From: Narcine bancroftii
Lineage: Eukaryota
Length of the DNA stretch: 64,000 nucleotides
Direction of reading: 5' to 3'
NCBI RefSeq assembly: GCF_036971445.1
Contig: NC_091477.1
Location: 110,856,001 to 110,920,000, forward strand
The position numbers and the translations under genes were made by a program. Below the pieces are notes generated by a model. It was given only the letters and a program-made list of their open reading frames with translations, did not search any database and was not told where the DNA came from. Positions 12,813-24,127 of this stretch are shown here, in pieces. Each line of letters opens with the position of its first letter. The first letter of the stretch is position 1.

Positions 12813-14603
12813 AGGTAGAGTTACACAAACAACTAAAACCTGCTAACAATGTCACATATAAGCTTGTTCATTTTTACCAAGGTAGAACTGAAACGTGAAG
12901 TTGTGTTAAGTTTGCATCAAGGCTGGGTATCTTACAATTGGAAAAATCATGAGGACCATAGTAGAAAAGTAGAGTCTTTGGAAGATACAAGATTAATGGT
13001 AGAAATTAGGGGTTAATTTGTGCATAAAAGCCGTATTATTGCCTGCTCACTTTTTTTAAACAAAAGTGAATTTACCTTTTATGCAGGGGGTGGAAAAGGC
13101 AGATCACATGGTCCTTTTACCCAGGGAGATTCGTGAGCCGGCTTTGAAGTGAAGGAGGCGGAGCAGGTAGTGCAGTAGCACTGGCCGCCACTGTGATGTG
13201 GAACATACACACAGGGGAGTGAAACCGCCCTACTACAATGGGGACTGAGGAGCAGGTTGGAGCGCTAGTGGAGATCTGTTTGAGCAGTCTTAGAACTCAG
13301 GCATATCTTCTGTGCATCATAATCTCCTTTTCTTTAAAATTTGTGCTCTTGGTCGCTGGCTGACGACGACAGCGTAATGTCATCAGCCCCCACCCCCTTG
13401 GAGCGCTTTCAGCATCAATCCTTTACGCAGGAGATGGAGTGACCTTGCTCAATTTCTGACACCACTACCTCGGCAGAGGGAACCCAGATTTTGTTGGATC
13501 AGCCAATCGATCTTCCAACCTTTTATGCAGCTAAATGGAGAGTCTTAAAGGCAGAGGAAACCTGTCTTTACAATTCACTAAATTTTACTATAAAAGGGCC
13601 TTGTGTGTCAAAGTAAGTTATAGAATGAATTCTTCAAGACATTAATTGTTTGAAACCCTTTCACGTGGCAGAGTTCAAAAATAGAGTTGCAAATAAATCT
13701 GAATTATTAAAAAATAATGAATATTAATGGGACCAGGCAGAAAAATAGTTTGACAGCGATGATGGGCAGAAGGACCTGTTTCTATGCTGTATCATTCTAT
13801 GGTTCTTTTAGCACGGGATATTTGTGGAGCGACAACAGTTTACATATCTTGTCCATGTCTTCCTTTCATTGGAGAGGAAAAATAAATTCTCTTTTTCACA
13901 GTTTCTTCGTAAGTGTGTCTGACTTATTAAGCAGTTTTATGATTTTTTTAATATAATCAAGGCATCATCATACACCTTCCTTGCTGACAAATGCAGCCAG
14001 CTGACTGCTGTTTACTGTGGAGTTAAATCAATGTGGGAAAGGCAGGAATGTCAGTCTCCACCTGCAACAAACACAGACTGCAACGCTGGATTAAGATAAA
14101 TAGATGAGAACTCTATCAAGTTCCTGCTCTTTGTTCTCTCATAGGCACAATCTTCCCAAACCCATCCCATTACAACAACCCTCTCTCAAGCACATTAAAG
14201 ATGATCACTGTGTATTGACCAGTGCTCAAAATACAGTGACATGAGTCCTGGATTTTCAGAGGTTTAAAGTAGGAACAGAATTTTTGGATCAGTGCAGCAT
14301 GCTTAAAATATAGTGAGTAGATATTTTTTAAAAATAAATTGCTGGAGTAGCTTCACCTGCCTCTACAGATGTTGCCTGACCTGCTGTATAACTCCAGCCA
14401 ATACTGTGAAGGGCCTATTGTACCCCATGCACACTCTCTTCTCCCTTGTCGCACCCGGAAGAAGGCTCAAAAGAGTGAAAATGGCACGAACAGGTTTAAA
14501 GTTCAGTCTCTTCCCCATATCTGGAATGAACCCACAACAATCCCTTCACTGGGTACTAAACGGTCATTGTAACTGTATATTCTGTCATTGTTCTCTTGCT
14601 CCT

Positions 14604-14826
14604 TGTGGTGGTGTGCACTGGCTGGCTCGCCCTCCTGGTGGCTTCCTGACCTCGACTCCTCCCTGGTCTTCCCCCCATGTGACCCAGGCCATAAAGGTCG
14701 AGTCCCTCTTCCTCTCCTCATTTTCCCTCGCCTGATCGCGGGCCAGTCGTCTCTTGTATAATAAAGCCTATCGTTCCCCTCGGTCTTTGTCTCTGTAATT
14801 ATTGGGGCAACTGGTAGCGCCCAACA
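14604..14826 (+). mobile_element. Solo LTR with 5-bp target-site duplication
   Basis: TG...CA ends, TATA-like and AATAAA motifs inside. CTCCT on both sides (14599-14603 and 14827-14831). Interrupts an older LINE 3' tail. Confidence 0.75.
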
Positions 14827-15069
14827 CTCCTTTATTGTATTCCGGTGTGTGAATGTTGAAGTTGACATGTTAGACTGCTCACAGAAGAACCCCTGTACCA
14901 GGTCTATCAAGTGACAATAAATTTAAACTGCTGTAAATGATCTGCAATCTTTTGTGTCTCAAGTATTGGCATCAATTTTTGTAAGAGTATTATCCAGTAA
15001 CACTATGAGAATACGCTTTAACTTCTATTGAATGCTATTTATTCTGCACTGGATGGAGTGTCAACACTG

Positions 15070-15318
15070 ACTCCAATCAGCGGGCCAGACAGCCGCGCAT
15101 GCGCAAGAGTCAGCGCGGCCGCCTCCCAGAGCCGGAGAAGCTGATGAGCATGCGCAGTGTTTGGTACGGGGGCCTGTTTGGACCGTGTCGGGTCAGTCGC
15201 CCGGATTTCGGACCCAAACGTCCCGTAATGGCTTCAGCTGTGTGAATTGCGGCGGTGCTTCCTGCGGGAAGGGTTCGGACACAACGGAACTCCGGTCAGC
15301 AGTTAGCCATCGAGGGAG
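15070..15318 (+). promoter_or_regulatory. MFF: MFF CpG-island promoter and probable non-coding exon 1
   Basis: CpG-rich. CCAAT at 15073, NRF1 consensus CGCGCATGCGCA at 15094-15105, second site TGAGCATGCGCA at 15145-15156, and donor-like GAG|GTAACG after 15318. Confidence 0.7.
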
Positions 15319-15326
15319 GTAACGAA

Positions 15327-15526
15327 NNNNNNNNNNNNNNNNNNNNNNNNNNNNNNNNNNNNNNNNNNNNNNNNNNNNNNNNNNNNNNNNNNNNNNNNNN
15401 NNNNNNNNNNNNNNNNNNNNNNNNNNNNNNNNNNNNNNNNNNNNNNNNNNNNNNNNNNNNNNNNNNNNNNNNNNNNNNNNNNNNNNNNNNNNNNNNNNNN
15501 NNNNNNNNNNNNNNNNNNNNNNNNNN
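15327..15526. other. Assembly gap (200 N)
   Basis: Run of N inside the GC-rich MFF promoter/intron 1. Confidence 1.
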
Positions 15527-15707
15527 TGCCAAACCTCGGCCCGTTCCCCATTTTCAAGTGGACCATTAGAAAAAAAAAATTGGCAGTGCTGCTGGTGCGG
15601 ACCGACGGAGAGCAAAGTCTCAGCTCTCCCCCACAGCGTCCATCCACCCAGTCTGGCAGCCGTTGTGCAGGCTTTGAGTCAAGTTTATTGTCATCTGATT
15701 GTACATG

Positions 15708-16075
15708 TCTTCTTCTTTCTTTTCTTCTTCTTTGACTTGGCTTCGCGGACGAAGATTTATGGAGGGGTAAATATCCACGTCAGCTGCAGGCTCATTTGTG
15801 GCTGACAAGTCCGATGCGGGACAGGCAGACACGGTTGCAGGGGAAAATTGGTGGGTTGGGGTTGGATGTTGGGATTTTCCTCCCTTGTCTTTTGTCAGTG
15901 AGGTGGGCTCTGCGGTCTTCTTCAAAGGAGGTTGCTGCCCGCCGAACTGTGAGGCGCCAAGATGCACGGTTTGAGGCGATATCAGCCCACTGGCGGTGGT
16001 CAATGTGACAGGCACCAAGAGCTTTCTTTAGGCAGTCCTTGTACCTCTTCTTTGGTGCACCTCTGTCACGGTGGC
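15708..16075 (-). mobile_element. RTE-clade LINE 3' end
   Basis: GHRDRGAPKKRYKDCLKKAL...DRRAHLTDKRQ...CLSRIGLVSHK followed by a short UTR and a (AAG)n-like tail. Confidence 0.85.
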
Positions 16076-16489
16076 CATATATACCCTGAAGAAACAGCAT
16101 TCTCTGCAAAACATGCAGACACGCAACCAATCATAATACACACGCACACACAAACAATACATATGCAGGAAGTATTTCATCAATACAAATAAATATTGCA
16201 TACATACGAGAGTTTTGGATGGTTAATGTGTGCAGTTCCCTTGATCATTCAGCATTCTCTCTGCCCGTGGGACGAAACTGTCCTCAGCCTGGTGGTGTTG
16301 CCTCAGATACTCCTGTATCTCTTCCCCAATGGAACAGCCTATTAAAGGTGGTTGAAAACTGCCTGGCTTAATATTGTTTGGCCCGTGACTCCTTATATTT
16401 TTCTGTATGTCGCCCACAATCAAAAATGTTTGGCCAACCCTGGTGTAAATATAGTACGTTGAGATTTCACAAAAAAAAATTTGAAAAGA

Positions 16490-17560
16490 TGTCACATAAG
16501 AGATAGGGGAATAAATGCAAATCCAAGGTATTAGAGAAACTGTTAGCAGAGTGGACTGAAACCTGAAATCAGATTGGAAGGATGTAACTAGTGGGGTACC
16601 CTAGGGATAGTTTCTTGGCCCTCTTTACAATAATGACTTGGGAGAGAACAAAGTGAAAGATTTCCAAGTTTTCAGATTATACAAAAAAAGGTGGAAAGAC
16701 ATGATGAAGATCCTGTGATTCTGCGATGGGATCAAAATAGATTGAGTGACTGAGCAAAAACCTGACAAATGGAATTTAATGTGGGGAACTGATAGGTTGT
16801 GCAGTTTTGTGAAGGAATCAATAAATATATTGTTATCTAAAATGAAAGAGTCTGCAAATGAATGAAATTCAGAGGAATCGAGATGTTTGTATGAGACACA
16901 AAGATTGCCGACAGGTCCAATAAGAAGGCAAATGACATGTTTCTACATATAAGGTGTTAGAGAAACTCATTGGGTCAGGCAATGAGTATGGAAAGCAATG
17001 GTCAGTTAATATTTCAGGTGGAATACCATTTATCATGCCTTTTGTGGAAAATGGAGTTTATGAAGTTTTGTTACAGTTGTACTGCGGTTTAGTGAGGTCA
17101 CATTTGGAAACATGGCACAATTGTGGTCTTCTTTTCTAAGAAATGGATATAGGCCCACTCCAAAGATATTCACCAAACTAATTCCTGGTATGGGAGGATT
17201 ATCCTGTTGACAGAGGCTGAACAGTTTGGATCTGAATGCTTTGGAGTTTATAAGAATGAGGGGTGATCTTACTCTAACATACAAGATCTTTCGGGGCTTG
17301 ACGGAGTAGATGTTGAGACACTTTAATTCACGGGAGAATCGCAAACCAGAGGACAACAAGGGGCCAGTCATTTAAAACAGGAATGGAAAATTTTCTTCTC
17401 TTGATATATTTAAGATGGAGATAAATGTTTGTAAGGTTGAAGAATTGAGTGGTTTTGGAGAACGGCGCAGAAGAGGAGGTGAGACCAGCATAGATGAGCA
17501 ATGATCATATTGAATAGTGAGGCAGGCATGAGGGGCCTGGTGGCCTAATCCCACATCTGT
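16490..17560 (+). mobile_element. Decayed CR1 LINE 3' part
   Basis: Remnants of RT motifs SGVP.G..LGP, SKF.D.TK, WQMEFN and LVRSHLE, plus RMRGDL. Confidence 0.8.
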
Positions 17561-17564
17561 TATC

Positions 17565-18255
17565 AAGATTCAGAATTCCTCTATTGTAATAGTACAAGAC
17601 ATGTAATGTCACACTAAATTGCCTTCTGTCTGCTGTAAGGCAAAGAGTCACCATTAGTGTCTCCCGACACTCTTTACAATATGAGATTTGCCTCCAGCAC
17701 TGCCGTAGCCCACAGATTCCTTTTTGATCAATCGGCAGCCTGAGCTCCAGATGCAAATCTCTGATACAATCAGGAACCCTTCAGTGCCCTTGCCCTCAAC
17801 ACCCTTGCAAATCCCAGTTCTTATACCTTGTTCCCATGAGCCAGTCTCCAGTAGCCTGTAACCCATGTGGGTCCCCCGAATGCAAGTCGACCGCAGCCTG
17901 TGTGGGTCCTTCAGCCGTTCAGCCCCTCACAGGTCTGCTGCCGTGTTCACCATGATACAAGGCTTCATCTCCTCTGCTTCTCCTTCTCAATGGGGGGGTG
18001 CTCTCCCCGTCCCCATTGCTCCCCCGGAGTCTGAAACCCTTTGTGACCACTGGTGAGCAAAGATGTCACCATCTTGGGCACAGACACTGCAGTTGCAACA
18101 TTTTAGTTGAAAACTACTGTTGGCTCCTTTAACAGGCTGTTTTAACACCTGTGTGGAACTGTCTGTATTAGGACCGGGCAGTTGAACCCTTCGGAGCAGT
18201 GATTTGTCTCCACTCTCTTTGGGTTCCTACCTGTGGCAGCACCACCATTTTTCTT
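17565..18255 (-). repeat. Interspersed non-coding repeat related to 47240-47920
   Basis: Shares collinear blocks with the second copy (TAATAGTACA, GCAGCCTGTGTG, CACCATCTTGGGCA, GTTGAACCCTT, TTTGTCTCCACTCT). Confidence 0.65.
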
Positions 18256-18900
18256 GTACTCTTGTGTCGAAGTTTTGGTTTATTTTCTTCTGACAAAGTT
18301 ATTCATTTACTGATATTTTTGCAAATGTAAACTAATTGAAGTGAATCCACCCAGAACTTGGTCTCTGTTATGTGAAATACTTTTCTTCATGGATGGAGGT
18401 GCCTACGCAAGTGTACTAGGAGGGGAGTAGTTTCAAACATAAAACATGACTCCATTGTTCACAGACCAGGATGAATTACTTGAACTTTGTGATGGAAGTT
18501 GTTAACCTCTCTATTACTTGGGATTTCAACTTGTGAACTGGTAATCTCGGAACAGTTAATTTGTTTTAAGGCTTATGCACATGTTTAGTATTCTAATTTT
18601 AAGGGGAAACCTATTTCATATTCAACATTTCTCACTTGCATATTATTCTGGATGGGATGATGAGGGAAACTGCATTTTATTTTGCAGGGACGTTGTATTT
18701 TGGAAATCTAATTTGGGTATCAGTAAATTATGCTTCACTCTTGATTAAAGAGGAGAGATAGAATCATGAAAGTTTGCAACATAAAACCATGGGGTCTAAT
18801 CTGGAAACTTTTTAATAGTGGTCATGTTTCCACATTCTTTTCCCAATAGTTTTTAAAATGTTAATTTTCATTTCTTTACCTTTCTAAATTGCATGAATTC

Positions 18901-19094
18901 TGTTGTGTGTGCACTCACACAATTAAGAGTCGGAGACGTGATGCTTTCTCATCCTTTACTTCTATTAGACTAACATGGCTACTGACACACATAGTTTATG
19001 TATATATATATATATATACATATAATGTTTATGGAAGGGTGACATCATGATGTGGGTGTCATGCTGTCCAGCAGAGGGCGGGTTATACCCAACA
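18901..19094 (-). mobile_element. Probable solo LTR in MFF intron 1
   Basis: TGTTG...CAACA inverted termini, near-TSD AATTC/GATTC (1 mismatch), internal (TA)n. Confidence 0.55.
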
Positions 19095-19825
19095 GATTCT
19101 TCTTTCACCAGTTCCAAGCTGAGGTTTTACTAAATCTTAGCAATGGTCTGCATAAACCGATTAGTTACTTTTTAGGTGATGGGTTTATGATGTAATGATT
19201 AATAATATTCAGGACATAAATTATTCTGACTCCAGATTATAAATATACAATTTACCATATGGAGTAGACGGGAAGAATTAGAAAGTCATTATATCACTAG
19301 GATTATTGCGTTATGTAAGACTAATAATCTTGAGGAAGAAATAGCAATTGTTATATTTAAATCTTCAAATGATGATCTTTGCTACTGTAGATGGCTGGCA
19401 TTGGTATTTCATCCCAGCCTGCTGCTTAAATCTCCTGCCACTTCAAATAACTCCTTAAAAACTAAAACCTTTTGTTCACCAGCTTTTGAGCACACTTCAT
19501 AATTTATCCTTCTTGACTTATTTTTATTTTTGAAAATCGCTTTGCAATGAAGATTTTTCTATATTAGAGACACATAAGCTTGCCATAATGATGTGTTGGT
19601 CAAATTATTCCCTGAGGTACACCTATTTTCAATGGCAAAGTCCAGTTGTATCCATTGCAAGTACACTGGACATTTGAAAAGTTCACTCATCTAACATTAC
19701 GCCTTGCCAACGAGTGACTTGTAACACTGTGGTATTATGTGCGAGATTTAAAGAGGAAGGCTATAATTATTATGTCATCCAAATAGCTAATCCGCTGAGA
19801 TTTTTCAACAAGGTAAGGTAATTAT

Positions 19826-20098
19826 GACCACCGCCAGTGGGCTGATCTCGCCTCCAACCGCGCATCTTGGCGCCTCACAGTTCGGTGGGCAGCAACCTCC
19901 TTTGAAGAAGACCACAGAGCCCACCTCACTGACAAAAGACAAAGGAGGAAAAACCCAACACCCAACCACAACCCACCAATTTTCCCTTGCAACCGTGCCT
20001 GCCTGTCCCACATCGGACTTGTCAGTCACCAATGAGCCTGCAGCAGACGTGGACATACCCCTCCATAAATCTTCGTTCGCGAAGCCAAGCCAAAGAAA
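19826..20098 (+). mobile_element. RTE-clade LINE 3' end (same family as 15708-16075)
   Basis: Very similar to the reverse complement of 15730-16010; ends GAAGCCAAGCCAAAGAA. Confidence 0.85.
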
Positions 20099-20310
20099 GG
20101 TAATTAGAGAGCATAGAACAGCGAGTACAAGCAGTATAGCGGTATGGCCACTTCTGATGCGATGTGGTTTTTGATCTAAGTTGTCCTACAGTTTTACTGC
20201 AGTTTTGATATTGCTTGTGGAGGCACAATCTCCAGTGGAGATTCTGTGCCTTAATTAAATTTTAAATTCCTTTTTGGGTGAAATAATGGGTGTTATTCTT
20301 TTACAGTATC

Positions 20311-20521
20311 ATGAACGTAGCAGCATTTCCTTCTCCCACCAGCGACATGGCTGAAATTAATCGCATCCAGTATGAGATGGAATACACAGAGGGCATCAGC
20401 CAGCAAATGAGAGTTCCTGAGAAGCTCCAGGTTGCACCAGAGACTTCTGAGGACAGGTGGAAAGGAGATTTTCAGAACACCACAACTGTGATGGAGGTGC
20501 CAGAAAGGATTTTCATAGCAG
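20311..20521 (+). CDS. MFF: Mitochondrial fission factor, coding exon 1
   Basis: Acceptor before 20307. MNVAAFPSPTSDMAEINRIQYEMEYTEGISQQMRVPEKLQVAP...MEVPERIFIA contains both Drp1-binding repeats; G|gt donor. Confidence 0.96.
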
Positions 20522-22264
20522 GTAACTATATTCTGGGTTCAAACGGAAAGTTTCTAATTATCAAGTCACTTCTCATGGCATTTAATTTAACCATTTAATT
20601 TATAAAGCTCTTTTCACAACTTCAGGACGCAATCCAAAAATGCATTCCAGGCATTTAGAAGCACATTCACTGTTGTCTAGAGGACGAGAGGAGATTGTTC
20701 AACGCTGTCAGTGTAATTCAGATACGATCCTCTCGCCACTCTTTTCTGACCTGAGAGTTGAAAACTGCCCTAGTCAGGAAAGAAGATTCTTATATTCAAC
20801 ATTAAGACAAAATGGATCATTTAAAACATTAACATATTACAGTTTTATTGTTGGTGTGGCTGCAAAAAAAAAAAAGCACTGGCTATTTCTATTGATACTT
20901 TTTGATTGGGAGCCACTAATGCATGCATAGATACCAGGTTCTATACATTTAATTTATATTTAATTACATCTATACATGTTAATTTAATACATTTAAGCAC
21001 AGTGCAGCTTTGATATGAAACTACCTGTGCTATCATCCTTTGAATATTACAGTATCTCCATGAAAGGAATTAGGGAAATGTTAATTTCACAGATAAAGGA
21101 GTATTAAGACTGTTGTCTGACAACCAGTTTATTATTGAGCAAAAATAAACCACTGAAATCTTTTGCCGCCAGATGTTGTTTGGCTCACAGAATTCTCTCA
21201 ATGTTTCATTCCTATTGCAGGGCAATTACTCAATCACACCCATCCCCCCCTTTCCCCCAAGATACTACATGAGCTACTGCTTTCTTTCAATAGTCTTTTT
21301 TTATACCATATTCCAGCATCTGCTGTCCTTTGTGTCTTGGACTATGTTGAGGTTGTGTTATAGTTATGAATTGGGATTAGTACGTAGCATGAAGCAAGTG
21401 TGTCTTTAATGAAAAGAAAAAATTTATTTATTCCCTTTCCAATATGTTGCTCTCAGGAAAATCCTTTTAGATGTGATCTTGATTTTTATTAAAGTATTAA
21501 CTTAAATTATACACTTCCCTTTACATGGAAGGGATGGAAGTGTTAGTATGATAAAATATAACCAAGTTATCAATGGCATTCTCCACCTCATTTGATCATG
21601 GATGATCAGGGAATACTTTTCATGTGAAGTGCATGGACAGTCCTGAATTCTTAAAGGCTTTAATATGTACTTGTGGTTTATCTTCAAGATGTGGTCATGA
21701 ACAGAGACTTCGGTGGACCTTAAAATATTTTGGAATCAAAAGAAAAACAGTTTTAATCGTATCCCTCCTTCGGAAATGTAGCTAGTACAGCCTCTGCCTC
21801 CCATTTCCACCAATCCTGACCACTCATTCATGATGTGTATGAAGTTTGGATTTTCTCCCTGTGGTTGTAAAGATTTTTTTTCTAGGTGATACAGTTTCCA
21901 CAAATATCCCAAAGGAATGAAGCTGTAAATTGCCCCTATTTGGGTGAGTTGTGGAATCTGGTGGAGATGGGATTTGATGGGACATTGGGAGAATAAAATG
22001 GAATTACTATGGTATTAGTAAAACTAGCTTGATGGCTCAATATACCTTTTCCATACAATGTGACTGTACAACTCCCCATCATTTTCATTATCTCTCCCTA
22101 TTCCTGCCAGTGCATTTGCTGTGGATTTTTTTAAACAATTTTTGATTTGCAAGGACTTTCTCTAATTTGTGTCAAGCCTTGAAATTATTCTATCACTTTT
22201 CATGTATTCTTTCCAATGTACTAATAGTACACATTTAAAAAGTGACAGACTGTTGTTGCACTAG

Positions 22265-22428
22265 GTGACCATAACAATTCCAGGCCACGGGATCTGGATC
22301 TAATGACATCAACTCCTACAGAACCTTTGGCTTTGAAAACACCTCCACGTGTACTGACCCTTACTGAGCATCCTTTAGATTTCTTGGACCTAGAGCGATC
22401 TGTTGCCCCAACTCCACAGAGTGAGGAA
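22265..22428 (+). CDS. MFF: MFF coding exon 2
   Basis: ctag|GT...GAA|gtaagt. SRPRDLDLMTSTPTEPLALKTPPRVLTLTEHPLDFLDLERS. Confidence 0.95.
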
Positions 22429-23492
22429 GTAAGTGATACAAGGTTGTATTTTGCAAAAGTAATTAAATTAACTATGTATCAACAAGATATTGATTACTGT
22501 GTCATATCAGTTTTCAGTTGTAGGCCTATCTGACCTCTGAAGCTCAGATTTTCATTCTGATAGTGCAGCTAACCATGTGGTGGGAGCAATTATTTTTTGG
22601 GTTGATTTTGTATCCTTTAGTATTTCTTATTAGAAATCTCCAACGATTAATTAACTTTTGCACATTTCAGCAGAAATCTGAATGACTTTAGTGAGTTAAT
22701 ATGCAGGTAAATATGTGATTGGTTAAGTTAGGTTTCTGGCTAAGTGAAGCCCTCTCTTCCACTAGCCATGCCCTTCTCAACCAGAAAAATATTGTATCTT
22801 TGCGAAGGGCTCAGGCCCGAAACATTGATTGCATTATCTTGGCTACATAAAGAATACAACATGACCTGCTTTGTATTGATAAAAGTGGTTATGAGATCTA
22901 TTCTAGACCCTTACATTTTGAAATACTTGAGTGTCCCAAGATAATAATGAAATTTGACAATACCTTTCTGTCATTGGTGCTCTTCACAGACAGCATGTGA
23001 AATGTGTTCTTTTGGAAAAGCCATTACTTGATCTCCCTATTTTGCCTTGGTCTAATGACCATATTTCTGACTCCTGTTTTTTAAAATTTGTTTAATATGC
23101 TTCCACTTGCTATAATAGCACTGAACAAAGATCAGTGCTATTGTTAATTTGGCGGAGAATGTTTCATTAGTATATGGAAACTTTAGTGGTTGTGGTTTCT
23201 TCACTCCAGATGCAATTATCCAAAATGGGTTCTGGAACTCTAAGGAGAGCAAGATTTAAAAAAAAATTTAAAAAGATAGCAGGTGGCTAAAAAAAAGTGG
23301 ATGATTGTAGCTCGAGTGATGACTCAGAAGCTTGCTTACTTGGCTTTTTAGCTTTTGGTAAGGAAATGCTTTGGGAATTGAAATGTTCCTGAGAAAACGT
23401 GAGGTGGGGAAATTATTTGCTTGCAACCTTAATTACAAAGTAATTAAACGAATGTATCCAGAAATGCTGCTAACTGAATATCTTTTCTTCAG

Positions 23493-23581
23493 GGTCGCTC
23501 ACATACTCGTTTACGGAGGGAGCGTTCATTGAGTGAAAATGCTGTCCGACCAAATGGCCAGATTGTTCGAACAGACTCTAT
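23493..23581 (+). CDS. MFF: MFF coding exon 3 (AMPK phosphosite region)
   Basis: ttcag|GGT...AT|gtgagt. GRSHTRLRRERSLSENAVRPNGQIVRTDS. Confidence 0.95.
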
Positions 23582-24061
23582 GTGAGTAGGTCTCCTGTGA
23601 CATACAAGTTCTAGTTCAATGTTCCCTTGGGTGTTCCTTTGTTATTTGGTGTGTTGTTCTCAGTCCACCTGGTAACTTGAGTCTTAAACAGCATTTGGAA
23701 TGACTGATGCTTCAAAGTAATAATTTATATGTAAAAGTCTAGAACATGGAATTTTTAAAAATCTGTTTCAAAATAAGAGCAAAACATTTCAAAATAGGTG
23801 CTGGCATTTTCTGATAATTGTTCTGAATTGCAATTAGTTGTTGTAATGTACATTTCATTGACTGTGAACAAAGTTCATGTAGATGCCTCATCTCCCTGTA
23901 TAACTGTTTCCTTTCTTCCATATCTGGAAGTTGAAGTGTGGTTAAACTGTTTATGATAACCAATTGTCTGCTTGCTTTATACTTTAAGCAAGTGACATAG
24001 GTAGCTTTCACATTTCCTCCTCTCTGTTGTCATCTGTTGCTATTTTGAGTTTGACTTTTAG

Positions 24062-24127
24062 ATCAAAACATCGAGCAGCAGCAGAAACGATCCACAATAA
24101 TAATAAAAAAAATACTCTAATGCTACG
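24062..24127 (+). CDS. MFF: Candidate MFF cassette exon (66 nt)
   Basis: Pyrimidine tract plus ttttag, open phase-2/phase-2 frame (I)SKHRAAAETIHNNNKKNTLML(R), weak donor CG|gtttaa. No homology recognised. Confidence 0.35.

Noticed and set aside
15193-15647. ORFs spanning 15193-15647
   Set aside because: Artefacts of translating through the 200-N gap.
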